64,000 nucleotides of DNA. It comes from a virus. The position numbers and the translations under genes were made by a program. Positions 53,438-63,706 of the stretch are shown here, piece after piece. The DNA lies in the IMG/VR virus record IMGVR_UViG_3300033143_005712, positions 1,544 to 65,543 of that record. The stretch is one strand, 5' to 3'. Under the pieces are notes generated by a model. The model searched no databases and was not told where the DNA came from. It saw only the letters and a list, made by a program, of their open reading frames with translations. How positions within the stretch are numbered: the stretch's first letter is position 1; each line of letters starts with the position of its first letter.

Positions 53438-56400
53438 GTTGTTTTAAGAATAAAATAGCGAAAGAGAACTTCAAGAAGTTAACAGAAGTATTTGGAAGTA
53501 AGGACACTGCTTTAACTTTGATAAGTGCAAATAATGGATACTCATTGGAATTTGATAAAGATGGAAATCCAAGTGTTCTATTCAAGCAAATACTGGACAT
53601 TGTAGGAAATAAGGAACAGGCGTTTATACTTAAATCTACAATTTATAAAAGAGCATTTTTAGATGAACCTTTTTTAAGCGACATATCAGAGTCATTTGCA
53701 GAAGACGATGCTCCTAGAAAAAAAATAACTATGGGTGTTATGAAATCTATTGTATATGAAGAAGCTATTTCAATAGGTACTACAGTCAAACCTAAAGGAG
53801 GTCATAATGATAATGTAAAAAAAGCCGGCACGAATACTCTTTATAGTGACAATCCAGCAAGAACTGCTGGTATTATTAACTCAAGATATGAACAAGATAT
53901 TGCATCTGTTCAAAATGGACATGTACTTATTAATCCTAGTGATTCGTATATTGACCATATGATAAAAGTTGAAAACCAAAAACGAGCTGATGCTGAAAAC
54001 TTGAGAATGATAAATGAGTTTATTCAAAATGAAGAAGAAGCTAATTATCACATACTCAAACCTTTTGATGATTATGGTAATCCACTTTTTGAAACTCAGG
54101 AAGAGATGGAAGATTCTGCTTTACCTAGAGAACTTACCCGAAGTGATAAACAAGGTGATTTCATGAAGTATAAAGAATATGTTGCTAATGATATTAGCAA
54201 ACTTCAACAAAGGCTTAATGCACTTATAGGCAAGAACAAAACAACTTATGATAGAGCTGAATCTCATGCTTTAACTGAAAAAATAGCAAGAATACAACTT
54301 AGAATCAAAGAACTCAAGGAACGTAAAAAAGAATTAACTTCTACAGCAGCTGTACTTGAAAATATTGAAGGTATGGCTGCTACTGATTTGACAAGAGTAC
54401 AAAATTTACTTAGTTCTAAATCAACCAGTAGAGACCTTATTGAAGCTCGTGACATTATTACATGGTATATGTCTTTGGGAGAATTTGTTGTAAAAGCAAA
54501 CCATCCTTTCTTCAAGGATAGTCTGGAATATGATAATGAAAAAATGAAAAAGGCTTTTATGAAAATTTATGACAATTTCAAAGAAATGCAAGGAAAGCTT
54601 GATGATATGAATATGAAACATATCGAGGCTGCATTTATTGCTCATAGAAATATAAAAGAAGTAAAGGATGAAAAAGGAAAAATAGAAGCTTATACATTCG
54701 GAGATACCAAAATTGAAAAAGGAAATGTAATGGATTATCTTTTCGGAGATGTTCATGATATTGATAAATTATCTGCATTATTCTTAGACCCCACTCTTAC
54801 TTATGATTTTAAAAGAGGAGAAGGCTTTTCAGAAAGTGTTATTCCTCAAATTATGAGTAGTTTGTTTGTTGACAGGATTTCAGAAAAAATGGCTTATGGT
54901 CAGGAAAAGATGGCTATTATAGATACCTTATTTCATAAACTCAGAGGTATAATCAAAGGTGACTACTCTATATTTTATCAGAAGGATTCCAGAGAATTTC
55001 AAACAGAATTTCTTATAAATCCTTTCAAATCGGAATGGTTCAGTTTGAAAACCTCAATTGAATTGGATGAAGAAAAAAGATTTGAAAGAATAAGAAAAGA
55101 TGGTGAATTTATTGATATACGCAGACTTCCTGAAGTTAAAGAAGCATTCAAAAATGCAGGATTTGGTTTTAGATTTACTAGTGATGTTGATGCAAAAAGG
55201 TATTCTGAAAGACTGAAAGCAAAAATAGGTGCAGGTACTGGTAAAGAGAATTATGAATACAAAAGGATTGTTGACTCTCAAATAAAACTTATTGACCAGT
55301 TTACATTTGAAAGAGCAGCATTTGTTAAAGAAAGATTTCCAGAAAAAACTGTTGATGATTTATCTCCAAAAGAAAGAGAAATTCTTGAACAATATGATTT
55401 GGAAAATAGTCCTTTTCATGTATTTAATGTACCAGAAACAAATCAACATTCTCATATAGTTGATGGAGAAGTTGTACAAATAACTCCAAATGCAAAATTC
55501 AACGAATTTATTCCTAATAATGAAAACATAGAAAAATATAAAGACCCAAGATTTGAGACAATTAGCGATAATTCTGAAATGTACAGATTATGGAATGAAG
55601 TAAGTGAAGTATTATTATATGTAAACAATGTTTTAGCCAGTGTAGGTCAAGACAGAGTTACATTCAACTCTTTACTTGCTATGGAGAAACAATTTCGGAA
55701 ACAAATAGGTAGAACTGATTTACCTCTAGGTTCTATGGTTAAAAATGCTCATAGTAAAATAGTTGGAAAAATTATAAAAGGATTAGGTGTAAAAGAATAC
55801 GAGTTTACCGGAAAAGAAAATGATGAAGAATCTATCAATTATGGTAATATGAAAAGTACTAAAGTACTTGTTGATAGAAAAAACGGTAATTATCAGAGTA
55901 TGCTCAAGACTTTTGAAATGACTATTACAGATGGTATAAAAATAAAGACTTTAACATCGAAAAAAGATATTCCTAACAATGCAAAGGTGACCATAACAGA
56001 TGAACTTGTTGATTTTCTGAAAAAAGTTATGATAGAAGAAGACTTCAATGAGTTTATAAAACTTAAAAATAACAGTTATGATTTCTTAAAAAAAGCAATT
56101 CGTACTGGTGCAAGACGAGAAATTATTGACCAGCATCGTATGGATTTACCCAAGGTATTACGTCATTTTATTTCTCATGCTATAAGAGTTGATGCCGCTA
56201 ATGAAGTTGCACCTACTATCTTACTTATGCAGAACTATTATAATCAATTAACAACACCAAATATTAAAGACAAAAGAGGCAAAGTTGTAAAAGAAGGAGG
56301 AGAACAAAGAATTCGTGGAGAAAAAAGAGTCGACCAATGGATTGAAACTGCCGTAAAAGGTAATTTTGCTGAAAAAGGAGCACCAATAGGAAAGAAAATG

Positions 56401-58527
56401 CTGACTCCTGAAGAAAAAAAAGAAAGAAAATTCCTCAAAGAACTTGCACAAAGACTCAAAGATGAAAGAGAAGCTAAACACAGAGGAGAAACACTATCAA
56501 TACCTTCAACTTACGAAGAATCTATTCAAGAAAGAATGGAAAATTTGGGAAGAAAATTCGATATGATGTTACCATTCAAAGTAGCTCATCCTATTATTAT
56601 GTTCATGGGTATGGCTTTTAACTTTGTGTCAGGTAGTCGTAATGTAGCTTATGGTATAATTTCCAATGTATTCCACGATGCTGTTGGTGATTTATGGACA
56701 AGAGGTAACTCATTAAGAGTTGTAAACTTTGTAATGGGTAAAGGTAGAAAACAATTCTATTTACGACAACCTCTTAGAGGAAAAGCAGATATTATGCATC
56801 ACAAACGTCATGGAAAAAATCTTGTACTTGCTGAAATGTTTATAGATAGGTCTAAGATTATTCAGGACATGCGTAATGAAAAGCAAAGAGCTAGTAACCG
56901 TTTAGGTAAAACTACAGGTAAGCAAAAGTTTAATCCTTATTACCTCTCTATTACAGCTCCTGAATGGCGTAATCAAACTATTACAATATTATCAACTTTA
57001 ATGGATGAAGAAATCATTGATTCTCATGGAAATAAATCCAAAATATTTAATGGTAATGAATTTCTGATTTATAATGAAGTTGACGAAGAAGGAAGAATAA
57101 AAGGTACTTCTTATACTAAGATTGTAGATGGAAAAAAAGTTAAGAAAAAAAGTAAAGGTGGAATATTACAACTTAAACCTGAATTCAGATATCAAGCTGA
57201 TGGTATTACAGAGAATACAGAAAACATCAACAATTGGGAAAAAATGTCAGGTGGTGATTACAGAGCTTTCAGAGAGAATGCTGTAAGTAATGTAAAGATA
57301 GTACATGGTGACTATTCCAATGTAGCAGGTATCCCGATAAAGAATACCCAATTTGGAACATATTGGATGATATTTTTAGGATGGTTGCCTGCTATGATAT
57401 GGTCTTATTGGGGACATGGCCCTAATCTTGCTGCAGGCAAAATAAGACATAGAAGTGTTATGAGGAGTGCCAAACCAATAACAGCAACTTTATTTACAGC
57501 TTCTCTTACAATGGGGGCTTTTGGTTTAACAACTTTTGGTTGGCCTCTAGCAATAGGTGCAGGAGCAGCATTGGTTGCAGGAATAGTAGCAGAAGCAACA
57601 CGAAAAGAAAAATCTCAAGTTCCTATATTAAGAGAACTTTGGGTTACATTGGCAGAACTCTCATTAACTACACTCAATATACCTATTGCACTTGCTACAA
57701 GAAGAACAATCAAAGGTATGGATGTAGAAAAAAAATTAGGACTTACACGAGAAGAAGCAGGTGCTATGAGAGGATTGCTTGTAAATATTGGTATGAGAAT
57801 AAATCTTATTCTTATGAGCAATTTACTTTACAAATTTGCTGACTGTGAAGAAGATACTTGGAGATGTAAGAAGCAAATTATGGCAAGAAATTTTGTTATT
57901 AATAATGCTGGAATGTTACTGGATGATTTAGGAGTAATTGCTAATCCTATGTCGCTTCTTCAAACAATGAGTACCGATGGAACTTTTCTTAGATTCGTAC
58001 TCAAACTTGGTGATTGGATTGGTGCTGCAGAAAAACTAGACAGATTTGAAGATATTATAACTACCGGAGAATTTCAAGGTGGTTCTAAAACACAAGGTAA
58101 ACTTGGAAAAACTTTTATGCCTTCTATTTTCAAATACATTGGAGTTAATGTAAATGCTGATTGGGGCGATATGGGTCAAGGAGAAATGCCTCTTCCATTA
58201 ACTACTCCGGTCTCTATGGATAGAATATTCGATAAGAGATTCTTGTTTATTGAACGCTCTACTGATTATAACAAGTATGACAGATATGAAACAATTCGTG
58301 AAGTTAAAAGAGATGAAGAAGAAGCTAGACTTAACAAGCTAAACAAAAAAAGACCTGCTAATGCTAAGTGGAGTGATAATGAGATAGATGCAAAGGCAGG
58401 AAAAGCATTTCCAACACTTACATCACGTAAAAACAGACTAAATACTGAATACGGTAAAGGAACATCATTAGCTGAAAGTAGATATGAACAAGAAGTTGAT
58501 GAATTCTTAGAAGAGCACGATAACTAA
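53434..58527 (+). CDS. Large ejected cargo protein with multiple TM-like segments (1697 aa)
   Basis: Coiled-coil N-half and several hydrophobic helices (e.g. ASLTMGAFGLTTFGWPLAIGAGAALVAGIV); last late gene. Confidence 0.75.
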   Translation: MSCFKNKIAKENFKKLTEVFGSKDTALTLISANNGYSLEFDKDGNPSVLFKQILDIVGNKEQAFILKSTIYKRAFLDEPFLSDISESFAEDDAPRKKITMGVMKSIVYEEAISIGTTVKPKGGHNDNVKKAGTNTLYSDNPARTAGIINSRYEQDIASVQNGHVLINPSDSYIDHMIKVENQKRADAENLRMINEFIQNEEEANYHILKPFDDYGNPLFETQEEMEDSALPRELTRSDKQGDFMKYKEYVANDISKLQQRLNALIGKNKTTYDRAESHALTEKIARIQLRIKELKERKKELTSTAAVLENIEGMAATDLTRVQNLLSSKSTSRDLIEARDIITWYMSLGEFVVKANHPFFKDSLEYDNEKMKKAFMKIYDNFKEMQGKLDDMNMKHIEAAFIAHRNIKEVKDEKGKIEAYTFGDTKIEKGNVMDYLFGDVHDIDKLSALFLDPTLTYDFKRGEGFSESVIPQIMSSLFVDRISEKMAYGQEKMAIIDTLFHKLRGIIKGDYSIFYQKDSREFQTEFLINPFKSEWFSLKTSIELDEEKRFERIRKDGEFIDIRRLPEVKEAFKNAGFGFRFTSDVDAKRYSERLKAKIGAGTGKENYEYKRIVDSQIKLIDQFTFERAAFVKERFPEKTVDDLSPKEREILEQYDLENSPFHVFNVPETNQHSHIVDGEVVQITPNAKFNEFIPNNENIEKYKDPRFETISDNSEMYRLWNEVSEVLLYVNNVLASVGQDRVTFNSLLAMEKQFRKQIGRTDLPLGSMVKNAHSKIVGKIIKGLGVKEYEFTGKENDEESINYGNMKSTKVLVDRKNGNYQSMLKTFEMTITDGIKIKTLTSKKDIPNNAKVTITDELVDFLKKVMIEEDFNEFIKLKNNSYDFLKKAIRTGARREIIDQHRMDLPKVLRHFISHAIRVDAANEVAPTILLMQNYYNQLTTPNIKDKRGKVVKEGGEQRIRGEKRVDQWIETAVKGNFAEKGAPIGKKMLTPEEKKERKFLKELAQRLKDEREAKHRGETLSIPSTYEESIQERMENLGRKFDMMLPFKVAHPIIMFMGMAFNFVSGSRNVAYGIISNVFHDAVGDLWTRGNSLRVVNFVMGKGRKQFYLRQPLRGKADIMHHKRHGKNLVLAEMFIDRSKIIQDMRNEKQRASNRLGKTTGKQKFNPYYLSITAPEWRNQTITILSTLMDEEIIDSHGNKSKIFNGNEFLIYNEVDEEGRIKGTSYTKIVDGKKVKKKSKGGILQLKPEFRYQADGITENTENINNWEKMSGGDYRAFRENAVSNVKIVHGDYSNVAGIPIKNTQFGTYWMIFLGWLPAMIWSYWGHGPNLAAGKIRHRSVMRSAKPITATLFTASLTMGAFGLTTFGWPLAIGAGAALVAGIVAEATRKEKSQVPILRELWVTLAELSLTTLNIPIALATRRTIKGMDVEKKLGLTREEAGAMRGLLVNIGMRINLILMSNLLYKFADCEEDTWRCKKQIMARNFVINNAGMLLDDLGVIANPMSLLQTMSTDGTFLRFVLKLGDWIGAAEKLDRFEDIITTGEFQGGSKTQGKLGKTFMPSIFKYIGVNVNADWGDMGQGEMPLPLTTPVSMDRIFDKRFLFIERSTDYNKYDRYETIREVKRDEEEARLNKLNKKRPANAKWSDNEIDAKAGKAFPTLTSRKNRLNTEYGKGTSLAESRYEQEVDEFLEEHDN

Positions 58528-58561
58528 AAAAAAAAGGAGAACATTATTGCTCTCCTTTTTT
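58526..58561. terminator. Bidirectional intrinsic terminator at the convergence of late and replication blocks
   Basis: A10-GGAGA-acattattgc-TCTCC-T6, overlapping the stop codons of both converging genes. Confidence 0.85.
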
Positions 58562-58735
58562 ATCACTTTTATCCATCGCTATAAGTAGTTCAATTTTTCT
58601 TGTATTGACGCATTTACGACAATAGGGATACGATGGTATGTCAGGGTCAAATACAGGAAAGAATACTACAGCAGATTTACCACAGTCAGAACATTTCTCA
58701 TCTTTTGCTTGTCTGAGTTTCTTCGTAAGTTTCAT
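58544..58735 (-). CDS. Small Zn-finger protein
   Basis: CSDC...CRKC. Confidence 0.7.
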   Translation of the reverse strand: MKLTKKLRQAKDEKCSDCGKSAVVFFPVFDPDIPSYPYCRKCVNTRKIELLIAMDKSDKKGEQ

Positions 58736-58917
58736 GGAAGATATTCTAATACCTTAATTACCTTGATAAAATGGTCAATATCCATCATTTCAGTATCTAC
58801 TGTGTATATGCCATCCTCAACTTTTTTAATGATAAGTTCACCAAATCCGATACTATTGTCACTCCAAGCAATTACCATTATATCTTGTTCTTTTTGATGT
58901 CCAATTTTAGCTATCAT
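58732..58917 (-). CDS. Hypothetical protein
   Basis: ATGA-coupled to the downstream gene. Confidence 0.65.
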   Translation of the reverse strand: MIAKIGHQKEQDIMVIAWSDNSIGFGELIIKKVEDGIYTVDTEMMDIDHFIKVIKVLEYLP

Positions 58918-58919
58918 AA

Positions 58920-59339
58920 TTATTCTCCTCTTAATTTATCTAGTATTCTATCACACAAATTGTAGGCATAAGCTTCATCTTTTGTAGGTTCTATATCTAC
59001 TTGTTGAATAAATGTATCTCTAAGCCATATAATATCAGTAATCATATCTTCTGTATGAGAATCTTCAATTGTTTCGCATTCATCAAACCAACTAGGTTGT
59101 GGAAATGCATCAGTGAATATTATCTCTTCTTCTAATGTATACTCAATCTTAAAAGCATCATTCCAATACATCAATAAATTTTCATCTGCAGGTAAATATG
59201 CAACCATAATAGCTTTATCAATTTTGTCAGAACCTTCTCCACTAAGGCCAACACATGCCCAAGGGAATCTTGGATTGAATATTAATGGTCTGGAGTCTTT
59301 AGTCAAGTGTGTGTAGAAGCTGTATCTTTTCCAAATCAT
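58920..59339 (-). CDS. Phage hypothetical protein
   Basis: D.RP...P.W.C.G...MVAY...YW...F...FPQPSW aromatic pattern; operon packing. Confidence 0.7.
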   Translation of the reverse strand: MIWKRYSFYTHLTKDSRPLIFNPRFPWACVGLSGEGSDKIDKAIMVAYLPADENLLMYWNDAFKIEYTLEEEIIFTDAFPQPSWFDECETIEDSHTEDMITDIIWLRDTFIQQVDIEPTKDEAYAYNLCDRILDKLRGE

Positions 59340-59688
59340 TGTTCTTATCTTTAATCGTTTGTAAATAGTGACCTACTTGACGTACACTAAGATATACATT
59401 TCTGTATTTGATTACTTTATCATTTTTTCCTATAGCACGATAGTATTCAGCCATCAAATCAGTATACTCGCCTATTGTAATATTCAAATGGCGAATATCC
59501 ATAATATTTTTTCTGGCTTTGATGTCAGTTTTCCATTTATGTATAACTTCTTTGAAGACATTCGGATTATCCAAACTAAGTTGTACCAATACTTCAAATT
59601 CATGCATACATTTTGGACAGGCTGAAAAATCCCCTACTATTAAATAAGGGATTTTTTCAATTTCTGTATCACATCGACAGCATTCCAT
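59299..59688 (-). CDS. Protein with N-terminal Zn ribbon
   Basis: CCRC...CPKC. Confidence 0.65.
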   Translation of the reverse strand: MECCRCDTEIEKIPYLIVGDFSACPKCMHEFEVLVQLSLDNPNVFKEVIHKWKTDIKARKNIMDIRHLNITIGEYTDLMAEYYRAIGKNDKVIKYRNVYLSVRQVGHYLQTIKDKNNDLEKIQLLHTLD

Positions 59689-60062
59689 TATGCATCAGCA
59701 ATTGGTGGAACAAAAAGTCTGTCTTGTTCATTCTTTTCTTCAACTTTTTTTGTAATTTCACTACTTATTTTTTTAGCAGTTTCAGCAACATCAGCATTGA
59801 ACTGATATTCCATACAAGCCTGCTTTGTAGAAAGAAAAAAGTTTGGTATACTGTCGAAAGCTTGTTTCATCATCTCATTAAGTACGACAGGATGACCTCC
59901 GCCTGTAATGAGTGATTGCTTACCATCATTTAACAATATAACAGCAGCCGGAATATAGTCGCTGTCTTCTACGAGCTTTTTCAAATCTTCAATTGTCTTT
60001 AACAACTGTTCCTTCTGCTCTTTCGCAACTTTCTTTTGTGCGTCTTCTGTTTTTTTGTTCAT
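59688..60062 (-). CDS. Hypothetical protein
   Basis: Stop/start coupled ORF with phage-like codon usage. Confidence 0.7.
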   Translation of the reverse strand: MNKKTEDAQKKVAKEQKEQLLKTIEDLKKLVEDSDYIPAAVILLNDGKQSLITGGGHPVVLNEMMKQAFDSIPNFFLSTKQACMEYQFNADVAETAKKISSEITKKVEEKNEQDRLFVPPIADA

Positions 60063-60672
60063 CAGAATTTTGTATTAAATTGTAGTTAAATATTTCTTCT
60101 TTCATCATTATGGGAAAATCCGCTTCATTATCAAGTTCTTCCCACAATTTATACGAATAGTTAGAATCGAATTCCTCATTCATTACATCAACAAAGTTTA
60201 TTATTGCGATTTCATTCTTCAATAAGACATTTCTTTTTTCATCACCTTTCTTGAAAAATATATTCAATTCAAGTTCTGAATACATCTTACTGAATTCTGA
60301 ATTTAAAAAATGTTCATAAGCATTTATGTAGTTTTTAGGTGTTTCTATCACAATCATGTGCTTATTACCGTCAATAATATCATCGTAACTATAGTCAAAT
60401 ATAAAAAAGTCCTGTTCTCTGAACCATTCCATAACGTTCAAAAAACGAGTTCTCCTCATATTTATATCAATTAACATAAAAAGAGGATTATTCAATTCTA
60501 CATTATCAGGTAATACTGCATCACCTATACCTACTCCCAATTTGAATACAGAAGCAACACGTTTAATAATGCTTATTCCATAATCAGATATTATCGGAAG
60601 TAGATATTGATTCGTCTTATTTATATAAAATTGTCCATCCTGTATTTCCATAACTAGGAGACTTTGTTCCAT
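59989..60672 (-). CDS. Hypothetical replication-module protein
   Basis: 227-aa ORF between the exonuclease and the small genes. Confidence 0.7.
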   Translation of the reverse strand: MEQSLLVMEIQDGQFYINKTNQYLLPIISDYGISIIKRVASVFKLGVGIGDAVLPDNVELNNPLFMLIDINMRRTRFLNVMEWFREQDFFIFDYSYDDIIDGNKHMIVIETPKNYINAYEHFLNSEFSKMYSELELNIFFKKGDEKRNVLLKNEIAIINFVDVMNEEFDSNYSYKLWEELDNEADFPIMMKEEIFNYNLIQNSDEQKNRRRTKESCERAEGTVVKDN

Positions 60673-61841
60673 TCAAGATATAAATATCCACTATGTTCTT
60701 TTACAAGTTTATCTTGTTCAAATCCATTTTCAAGATACCACTTATAAAGTTTAATGCCTTCCATGAAACCATGAATAGGTTTATGATATATTTCTTGAAA
60801 ATATTCATCAGTATCTTTATCATCATAAAGTCTACTGTATCCTTCAGCTCTTCCATATCTTCCTATACTTATAAAATCACCAGAAGTTTCAAACAATAAT
60901 GGATTTCCTTGTTGGATAGTACTTTCTACTACAAAGATAAAAGGATTAATTGTATATCCTTCAAAATGTACTGTTAAAGCTTCAGTATAAAATGCAGCCT
61001 GAATATCATATCTCATTCTGCGTGCCTGAATATCAAAGTTTATAGTGTAATCTCCCATAGTTTTTAAGTCGTAGGGAATGACTATTTTTTCCGTATGATT
61101 GACAATAACAATGTCTAACAATGCCTTACATAATATTTCTCCAATGAAGAAATATACTGGAAATTGATAAAGAATATCAATATCTTTATTTATAGACTCT
61201 TTGAACAAAAACTTTGTTCTTATATTTGTGGAAAGTGATTCCACTATTTCGTTTATTGTATGCATTTCATCGGGTGATACCAATTGTTTACCATAATTCA
61301 TACAAAGTGAGTCAAAATAATCTTGACCATTTTTAATTACATTAGCTATCATTGTTTTACTAACCCATGCAGATTGGAATCCTTCGGCAGCAGCACTGTC
61401 AAGGATAATCTGGCTTTCAACACTCATTCCGAGTGTAGAGTGTCTGATTTGCTCAGTATCTTTCTCTATAATATACGTATCGAAAATACGATGAATTACA
61501 GACATGAGCTTTGGGCCGGGTTTGTCAACGGTAAGTACCGCAAATTGTTCATCAAATTCTTTTCTTGTTTGAGTCAATAAAATATCAACTCCGTTTCCTA
61601 TAATAAAATGTCCTTTTTCTTCATAATATAAATCCTTTTCATCCTTTTCTTTATTGAAGACATCCATCCCTTTCAGGATAAGCTTGATTTTACTCTGTGA
61701 CAAATGTTGTGTGTCTTCGAAATAATCATCTATCAAAGCTTGTGGTGTTCTCTTAATCATAGGATTAGTGTTTTTAAATATAGAAATTCTGTTCAGGTAA
61801 TTCTGAAAGAACATGACAGCCAATACTAAATCGCTCTTCAT
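60654..61841 (-). CDS. PD-(D/E)XK exonuclease (RecE/ExoVIII-like)
   Basis: HLSQSKIK, IGNGVD, CKALLD...YDLKT, YDIQAAFY motifs. Start may be at 61760. Confidence 0.8.
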   Translation of the reverse strand: MKSDLVLAVMFFQNYLNRISIFKNTNPMIKRTPQALIDDYFEDTQHLSQSKIKLILKGMDVFNKEKDEKDLYYEEKGHFIIGNGVDILLTQTRKEFDEQFAVLTVDKPGPKLMSVIHRIFDTYIIEKDTEQIRHSTLGMSVESQIILDSAAAEGFQSAWVSKTMIANVIKNGQDYFDSLCMNYGKQLVSPDEMHTINEIVESLSTNIRTKFLFKESINKDIDILYQFPVYFFIGEILCKALLDIVIVNHTEKIVIPYDLKTMGDYTINFDIQARRMRYDIQAAFYTEALTVHFEGYTINPFIFVVESTIQQGNPLLFETSGDFISIGRYGRAEGYSRLYDDKDTDEYFQEIYHKPIHGFMEGIKLYKWYLENGFEQDKLVKEHSGYLYLEWNKVS

Positions 61842-61983
61842 TCAATTCCTCCAGTGTACGATAGTTGCTAATAATAATCATTGTAGAATAAAATCCACAT
61901 TCAAGGCAATCTACAGTACCATCTGTTGATTCTTGGCAAGATTGTCCACAATTGGGACAAGTGCCAGTTGTAATTCTACTCAT
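61774..61983 (-). CDS. Small Zn-ribbon protein
   Basis: CPNC...CLEC. Confidence 0.65.
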   Translation of the reverse strand: MSRITTGTCPNCGQSCQESTDGTVDCLECGFYSTMIIISNYRTLEELNEERFSIGCHVLSELPEQNFYI

Positions 61984-62416
61984 CTTTCTTTATTAAACGT
62001 TTAAAGTCTTCCCAAGGTATGATAACTACTTCATCATACTTGGTGCGTTTTATACCATGCCCTGTGGCTTTCTTTAAGATAACCATGTTAGGCTTAGAGT
62101 GTACTTCATTTTCTTCAGGAAATAGTTCAATAATTCTATTATTCATTTCCTTCAAAACGAGTATTGGATTTAATCCTCTTTGTTTTCCTGCTTTCACTTG
62201 GACATTAAAAGGAATAAATACAAGGTCGATTCCTGCATCATCATGCAAACGAGATGCTTGTCTTGAGGTCTTACAAAAACTATAACCTAGGTCACGAAAT
62301 TCAGATGCATAATAGCGTTCTGTTGAGTGACCTAGATTACGGTTGGTTTTACCATAAGACTTTTTCTGTTTATTCGTTGTCTGGTCTGGCATAAGGTAAA
62401 ATTTGTGATTCGTCAT
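61976..62416 (-). CDS. Holliday junction resolvase-like PD-(D/E)XK nuclease
   Basis: GHSTERYYA...GIDL...VQVKAG pattern. Confidence 0.75.
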   Translation of the reverse strand: MTNHKFYLMPDQTTNKQKKSYGKTNRNLGHSTERYYASEFRDLGYSFCKTSRQASRLHDDAGIDLVFIPFNVQVKAGKQRGLNPILVLKEMNNRIIELFPEENEVHSKPNMVILKKATGHGIKRTKYDEVVIIPWEDFKRLIKKDE

Positions 62417-63179
62417 CTACGAAACCATAAGTGGCTGCGTTTTCTTCTACTGATACAAAAGTACTATCAGCTTCATGAGCTTCCGCATCAGCTTCATTAG
62501 ATACTATTATAGGAATAGGTCTGTCTTGTCCTATTTGTTCTTCAACTCCTTGATGTGCATGTATTCCAGCACTATCTACTCTCATATTAAAGCTTCTCTC
62601 ATTATTACTCCAAAAACCGTCACCTGTTCTTGCTCTTGCTTCATACTCACTTACAGTAGGAACATCAGGTCTTAATCCTTGTTCTTCTACAATTCTGCGA
62701 GCATATTCTTCATCATTTTCTACATGAGCAATAGGTTCAAGATTATTAGGTACTTCAAGGTTATCAATAGTGAATGGTGTAGAAGATGATGGTATATCTT
62801 CACTAACAGTTTCTCCTTGAGGAACAGTATCATCAACAACATTAATATTAACACCTCTTCTTCTACTTGAATGTACTGCACCTTCTCTTCTTGCTAACTC
62901 AGTACGTACTTGTCTAACAAGAAAATCTCTTCTATTTGCATAAGTAGTACGAAGTTCTTGAAGTCGATTTTGTTGAAATGCAGTTAAACTATTCTCAATA
63001 GGTAAATATTGAGCAATAGCACGTTCTAAAGCCATCAATTCTGTATCTTCAGCAAACGGCTGTGATGATGTTGATACCTGTCCAAAAGGAAGTTCTTCCA
63101 TTATCTCCTGTGGAACTTCAGCTTCTACAACTTCTTCTATAAGGGTATTATCTGTAATATACTTAACAATTTTCTTCAT
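62370..63179 (-). CDS. Hypothetical protein (helical N-half, acidic disordered C-half)
   Basis: 269-aa ORF in the operon. Confidence 0.65.
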   Translation of the reverse strand: MKKIVKYITDNTLIEEVVEAEVPQEIMEELPFGQVSTSSQPFAEDTELMALERAIAQYLPIENSLTAFQQNRLQELRTTYANRRDFLVRQVRTELARREGAVHSSRRRGVNINVVDDTVPQGETVSEDIPSSSTPFTIDNLEVPNNLEPIAHVENDEEYARRIVEEQGLRPDVPTVSEYEARARTGDGFWSNNERSFNMRVDSAGIHAHQGVEEQIGQDRPIPIIVSNEADAEAHEADSTFVSVEENAATYGFVDDESQILPYARPDNE

Positions 63180-63706
63180 AAACTGCTTATTCTCCCTAAT
63201 AGAATCACACGTTGTATTTCGACAGTTTCACCATTATTGGCACAAGCGGATAAAATATACTTATTGATATAATAGTGAAGTCTGGTATAATTAGGGCCAC
63301 TAGGATGATATACTTGTGAATTAATCACCATCTTTTGAGCACCAGCAGTTACATTGTCTGAAGAATTTATTCTCATAACAACTAATCTCATTATAAGAAT
63401 AATCATTTGACCACCGTTCATTGTGTATACAAGACCCTTGGACACATATATACTAAAATTTTCAAAACTAAATTTTTTCAATTCTCCACCAATATCAAAT
63501 GTTTCCATTAAAGAATTTGAATTTCTTTCTACAAGTATACTTGTAGGTGGAAGACTGACAAGATAGTATATACCTCTTCTTATTTGTCTGAGATAACTCA
63601 TCACAGCAAATAATGGTACATATGCTCCTTGCACTGCAAAGCAGAGCCTATAAGGTTCACCTTGCAATGCGGGAGCGTAATTATGTCTATAATTAAAATT
63701 CATCAT
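63176..63706 (-). CDS. Hypothetical protein
   Basis: Coupled to neighbours; directly downstream of the ThiF-like gene. Confidence 0.65.
   Translation of the reverse strand: MMNFNYRHNYAPALQGEPYRLCFAVQGAYVPLFAVMSYLRQIRRGIYYLVSLPPTSILVERNSNSLMETFDIGGELKKFSFENFSIYVSKGLVYTMNGGQMIILIMRLVVMRINSSDNVTAGAQKMVINSQVYHPSGPNYTRLHYYINKYILSACANNGETVEIQRVILLGRISSL

Noticed and set aside
4281-57842. Numerous short antisense or alternate-frame ORFs inside large genes
   Set aside because: Phe/Ser/Ile-rich shadows of the AT-rich coding strand, with no motifs, start context or intergenic space.
958-58527. Stop-codon reassignment (TAG=Gln or TGA=Trp), as in some crAss-like phages
   Set aside because: Genes up to 11.6 kb are uninterrupted in code 11, and TAG serves as a real stop (e.g. 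19310, 24145) with tight downstream packing.
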